Source: Azolla caroliniana
Lineage: Eukaryota > Plantae > Polypodiophyta
Direction of reading: 5' to 3'
Length of the DNA: 64,000 bases
NCBI GenBank assembly: GCA_043228905.1
Contig: JBHGNT010000018.1
Coordinates: 3,720,001 to 3,784,000 of the forward strand
Within the stretch, counting starts at the first letter, position 1. Each line of letters starts with the position of its first letter. The notes beneath the pieces were generated by a model that was not told the origin of the DNA, ran no database searches, and saw nothing but the letters and a program-made list of their open reading frames with translations. Below are positions 58,996 through 64,000 of this stretch, in pieces. The position numbers and the translations under genes were made by a program.

Positions 58996-61900
58996 TGTCA
59001 AGATTCGAACTCTTGACACGACCATGTTGTAATCTAGTATTATGAGTTAACCAAGATATCTAGTACATAGTTATGTATGTAATTGGTTCTTATTATTTTG
59101 CTAGCATCATGTGCATAGTTGCTCCCTTGTAGTATTTACACTTGGCACATGCATGCATACCTACATGCTCTATTGTAGATTCACATGCGTGCAACAAGTA
59201 TGCATGTCATGTAGTATAAATAGAGGAGTTCACCTTGAAGGAATTCAAGGTGAACAACACCAATTATGGAGTCTTTCCTTTAATACTATCTTCTTTCTTG
59301 TCCATTTGGTTATCTTCTTGCTTGTCTCTTGAGCTTATGATCCGTGACAGTTTGTTCACCTTCCCATCCTCATAGCTCTCCCTCTCATAAGCCATAGCTA
59401 TGTCCGACTCAACTAGTGAGTTAGGCCAAATAATGGTAGCCTTACGACAACTACAGCTTGAAAATGAAGGTCTTCGAAATTCTTTACAAGAACTTCAAGT
59501 CGGTACCTCCCTAGCCTCACAACCCCCGAACCCTAGTCTCCCACAACAACCTAGCCTAGAGCCCGATCTTCTGCCAACATCTAGCCTAGCTTCGTCACAG
59601 TTTCTTGAGCCTAAGGTTAGCCTCCCAGAAAAATTTGATGGAACGAGGTCGCGTTTCCGAGGGTTCATCAACCAAATTCGACTTATCATTCGGCTACAAC
59701 CTCAACGTTATGGAGATGGTCTTCGACAAGTCGGCCTTGTGGGCACCCTTCTCTCCGGACCAGCCCAAGCTTGGTTTGCACCATTGGTAGAAACCTCGTC
59801 ACCTCTATTGGAGGACTTTCCCGCCTTCCTCGCCGAGTTAGAGGCCACATTTGGAGAGACGGACCTACGACGTACAACTCTTAACAAGATTTATGCACTC
59901 GAACAAGGTTCGCGTGCAGCTTCGGTCTATGCTTCAGAATTTCGACAACTAGCATACGACATCAATTGGTATGATCAAGCTTTAGCTGATCACTTTCGGC
60001 GCGGCCTTTGAAGCAATGTCAAGAATCTTCTCTTAAACTTTCCGGAGCCCACCTCGTTATCCCAAGCGATTTCACAAGCAGTCCATTGTGACAATCGTCT
60101 TTTCGAATTTCGTCAAGAAGAGCGCCGTACTTGGGTTCCACCTCATTCACTTCCACGGCATGCCCTGGTCATACAAACCCAGACATCCTCACACTCGCCT
60201 ACTTTAGCAGATGCTCCTGTCCCCATGGAAATTGATCAAGCCCGATTTCGGCCATTGACTGATACTGAACGACAATTTTGGCGGGCTAATGGCTTGTGCA
60301 TGTATTGTGGCGCCTTTAGTCATGTCGTTCGCCATTGTCCTAGGAGTACTCGCCCACAATTCCATCGAGCTAACGGACCCCAACATCCGGAAAACGACAT
60401 CGTTCAGTTGCAGTAGGAGCCATGCAACTGGACATCTCCCGTCGCCCACATTCTCTTGGTTCCATTGCCGGACCATCAAGCAATTTCACATTGGAGGTAT
60501 GGCTTTCGTTTAACTCTAGTTCCATTCAGTCTGTTGCTTTACTTGATTCTGGGGCATCTTCTTGCTTCATCGATGTCGTGTTTGCCCAAGCACATGGCGT
60601 ACCTGTCGTTGGCCTCTCACAACCCATTCCAGTTGAAGCCATCAACGGGTGCGTCCTCTCGTCAGGTGCAATTACTCAAGCTACAATCCCATTAGGGCTT
60701 CGGGTGGGCTCACACCAAGAGGAGCTCGCCTTTTACCTCATCGCATCTCCTCAACATCCGATCGTCTTAGGACTAACGTGGTTGGAGGCGCACAATCCAA
60801 TAGTGGATTGGTGCAACCACTCGATCACATTTAGCAAACCAAGATGCCCATGCAAAAGTATGAAGGTAAATTCAGTTTCCTATCCTTCAGAGACGGTCGA
60901 CTCCGAATTGACTACCCCATCATTGGTCCAGGATGGGTTTGTTTGTGGCGCCATTTCTAACACACTCCATGTTATTCCCGAAAAATGCCAACACTTCACT
61001 GACGTATTTGAAAAATGTAATGTTGATCGTTTGCCTGAACACCGGCTCTACGACTGTCCGATTGATCTTCAAGAAGGTACGTGTCCACCCTTTGGTCCTC
61101 TATATGCGTTGTCTGCACCAGAGTTGAAGGCCCTTTGTGTGTATCTCGATGAGAACCTCAAGAAAGGATTTATTCAACCTTCTAAGTCACCAGTCGGGGC
61201 CCCCATTTTATTTGTGAAGAAGAAGGACGGCTCTCTACGCTTATGCGTCGACTACCGAGGTCTCAACAAACTCACTGTGCGCAACTGTTATCCGCTACCT
61301 CTGATCCTCGAACTCCTTGATTAGCTCCGAGTTGCGCGTGTCTTCTCCAAAGTTGATTTGCGTGGAGCGTACAATCTAGTACGCATCAAGCCGGGGGATG
61401 AATGGAAAACCGCATTTCGAACACGGTATGGGCATTTCGAATACAAGGTAATGCCTTTTGGTCTTACTAACGCTCCCGCAGTTTTTCAACATATGATGAA
61501 TGATATATTCCGGGAATATCTTGATCTTTTTGTTGTCATTTACCTCGATGATATTCTCATTTTCTCGCCAAACATGGAGGAGCACACTCGCCAAGTCCGA
61601 TTAATTCTTGCCAAACTTTGCGAGCATGGCCTTTATGCCAAAGGCGAGAAATGCGAGTTCGACCGTACCTCGATCGAATTTCTGGGCTACATCATCTCGC
61701 CCACTGGCATCACCATGGATATGAAGAAGGTCTCTGTCATTCAGGCGTGGGCGACTCCAAGGCGACTTAAAGATGTGCAATCCTTCCTCGGCTTCGCGAA
61801 TTTTTACCGTCGCTTCATCAAGGGGTTTTCCACCCTAGCACAACCTCTTATCGCTCTCACCCATAAAGGCACTCCATTTTTATGGACCTCGGAGGCGCAA

Positions 61901-63630
61901 AATGCGTTCGACTCACTCAAACACGCATTCATCACTGCCCCGATGCTGCTACATGCCGACCCCACAAAACCCTTCCAAGTCGAAACCGATGTCTCTGACT
62001 TTGCCATTGGCGCCATCTTATCCCAGGCAGACGACAACAACCTAATGCACCCAGTGGCTTACTATTCCCGAAAATTTACGGCATCCGAAATCAATTATCC
62101 CATTTACAACAAGGAGCTTGCTGCTATCATTGCTGCCTTTGAAGAATGGCGACCCTACTTGGCCGGCACACAACATCGTGTCCAGGTAGTGACTGGTCAT
62201 AAAAATTTAGTTTATTTTTCCACCACTCGTACTTTGAATCGAAGGCAGACCCGTTGGTCGACATTTCTCGCCGACTACGATTTTGAGATCGTATTTCGAC
62301 CTGGTGGCCAACATGGGAAGGCTGATGCCCTTTCTCGCCGAATTGACCTTGCACTCCGCCCTGGGGATGCTGCTTATGCTCAACAATCTAGACGTTTGTT
62401 GAAACCCGACCAATTGCATCTTTTTGCCACTTGTATGTTGCAGGATGATTCTTTACTCCAACAAATCACTGATGCATCCAAGACCGATGCGTTCGCCAAC
62501 GAGATTCGAGATAGTCTGCAAAACCCCTCCAAGGCGACCAAAAGGAAGGATCTTGACACCTTCACCATACAAGAGGGTTTGTTGTTCCGAGATCACCTCT
62601 TATACGTCCCAGAGGGCCCATGTCGCACCTGGGTGTTGCGGGAATGCCATGATGACCCACTTGCAGGTCATTTCGGGGTCGCGAAAACCCTCGAGCTAAT
62701 CTCTCGGGGGTATTGGTGGCCACAACCATGGAAGTTTGTCAAAGAATACATAAAGAGTTGTGAGGTTTGTGCTCGCTCCAAAGCCATTCATCATCGGCCA
62801 TACGGCTTACTACAGCCGCTTCCATGTCCTCGTCGTCCTTGGGCCTCTATCTCTATGGACCTGATAACTGATCTACCCTTGGTCAATAGCTATGACTCGG
62901 TGTTGGTCGTTGTCGATCGGTTTACGAAGATGGCTCACTTCACTCCATGCTCCAAAACCATTTCCAGAGAAGGAATGGTGCATCTACTACTCAACAATGT
63001 GGTACGCTTGCATGGACTCCCCGACGATGTCATCTCAGATCGCGGACCCTAGTTTGTCTCTCACTTCTGGCAGCACCTGCTACAAACTTTAGGCATCTCT
63101 GTCAAGTTGTCCTCCGCTTATCACCCCCAAACTGACGGGCAAACGGAGCGTGTCAACCAAATCCTTGAGTAGTATCTTCGATGCTCGGTTAGTTACCAAC
63201 AAGAGGATTGGGTCAACTTACTTTCGCTTGTGGAATTCGCCTACAATAATTCTCTCCATGCATCGACTGGCGTCACTCCCTTCTTTGCCAACTATGGTTT
63301 ACATCCTCACTTCAACATTTCCCTTCCTACCACTTCCGTGAACCCTTCGACGGAGGATCACGCCCGCATTTTGGAAGAACTACATCATGATTTATCCTTA
63401 GAGCTTAGTCTTGCTAGTGAACGATACAAGAAGCAGGCTGATCGCCATCGATCTTCCACTCCACACTTTGTCATTGGAGACATGGTCTAGTTGTTACGTC
63501 GACACATCTCTACTACTCGTCCATGTGCGAAACTTGATTACAAGAAGTTGGGACCATTCTGTATCATCGAGTGCATCAATCCCATCGCCTTCCGGCTCGT
63601 CCTTCCATCCCACTTCCGGATTCACGATGT
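58996..63630 (+). mobile_element. Ty3/Gypsy, Tf2/Tcn1-like (Gypsy-B); 5' LTR 58996-59349; interrupted at the integrase C-terminus
   Basis: LTR TGTCAAGA...CGTGACA with TATA at 59215; gag 59400-60416; pol 60422-63630 (ALLDSGA, YLDD, RNase H, HHCC/DDE, GPF motif); few in-frame stops. Confidence 0.92.
59400..63630 (+). pseudogene. Gypsy-B gag-pol, near-intact apart from premature stops
   Basis: ORF fragments 59400-60011, 60225-60416, 60422-61324, 61358-63052, 63230-63490 and 63491-63630. Confidence 0.9.
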
Positions 63631-64000
63631 TGTGAAAAATTTCGTCCAGAGGCGGAAACCGGCGAAATATTGGCTACATCGGCGGGGTGCACCATGTGCA
63701 CTCACCCTCATCTAATTGTGTGAATAATAGGAGTTAAGTCCGGATGAGGAATCCCATGTAAATCGAGATTTATCCCACATTGTAACGCATCCCTCGCCTT
63801 GTTCTATAAAAGGAAGGGATGGTCCCTTGTAGAAGGGTTGCCCATTTTGTATTAGTAGGGTATACCGTTAGACTGAGGGACGTTCTCTCTTCCTCTCTCT
63901 CTCTCTTGTTTTAGGGTTTCCTCTTCTTCTCCTCCTTTGCTTCTTCTTCCTCACTCTATGAGTCTAGCTTGATACCTGTAGGTTCGGTATCTGCCCTATC
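63631..64000 (+). mobile_element. Start of a further LTR, probably Copia-type, inserted into Gypsy-B and running off the window
   Basis: Integrase IHDV(FHV) breaks at TGTTGTGAAAA (start 63628 or 63631); TCCCACATTG motif, TATA CTATAAAAGG at ~63804, and a CT-rich tract follow. Confidence 0.7.

Overview
Eukaryotic, AT-rich, transposon-dominated land-plant nuclear DNA; the Tf2/Tcn1-like Ty3 elements suggest a non-seed plant, which is inference. There are two intact-looking host genes, both on the minus strand. One is a chloroplast two-RRM ribonucleoprotein (cpRNP, cp29/cp31/cp33 family; exons 1323-1754, 265-366 and 1-167, running off the window). The other is a 310-aa SPX-only phosphate-sensor gene (exons 38200-38547, 33886-34051, 33350-33768) with four P1BS sites upstream. 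The rest is decayed mobile DNA: three Ty1/Copia elements with both LTRs, Met-tRNA PBS and 5-bp TSDs (4459-9160, 18447-23044, 48365-54288), LINE remnants, hAT-type MITEs, solo LTRs and several recent tandem duplications. From about 42.5 kb to the end lies a nest of retroelements about six levels deep. The most notable signals are in two Ty3/Gypsy elements. Both lack a tRNA PBS but carry a Tf1-like self-priming complement to their own predicted 5' end, both have a tRNA-like or B-box motif at the U3 edge of the LTR, and both have a matching -1 frameshift stem/pseudoknot. Two related Copia elements have a duplicated PPT, a charged Pol C-terminal tail and a conserved stem enclosing the PPT. The SPX upstream region has a P1BS-bearing palindrome and a solo LTR whose promoter points at the gene. 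All calls were made by eye; no searches were run.
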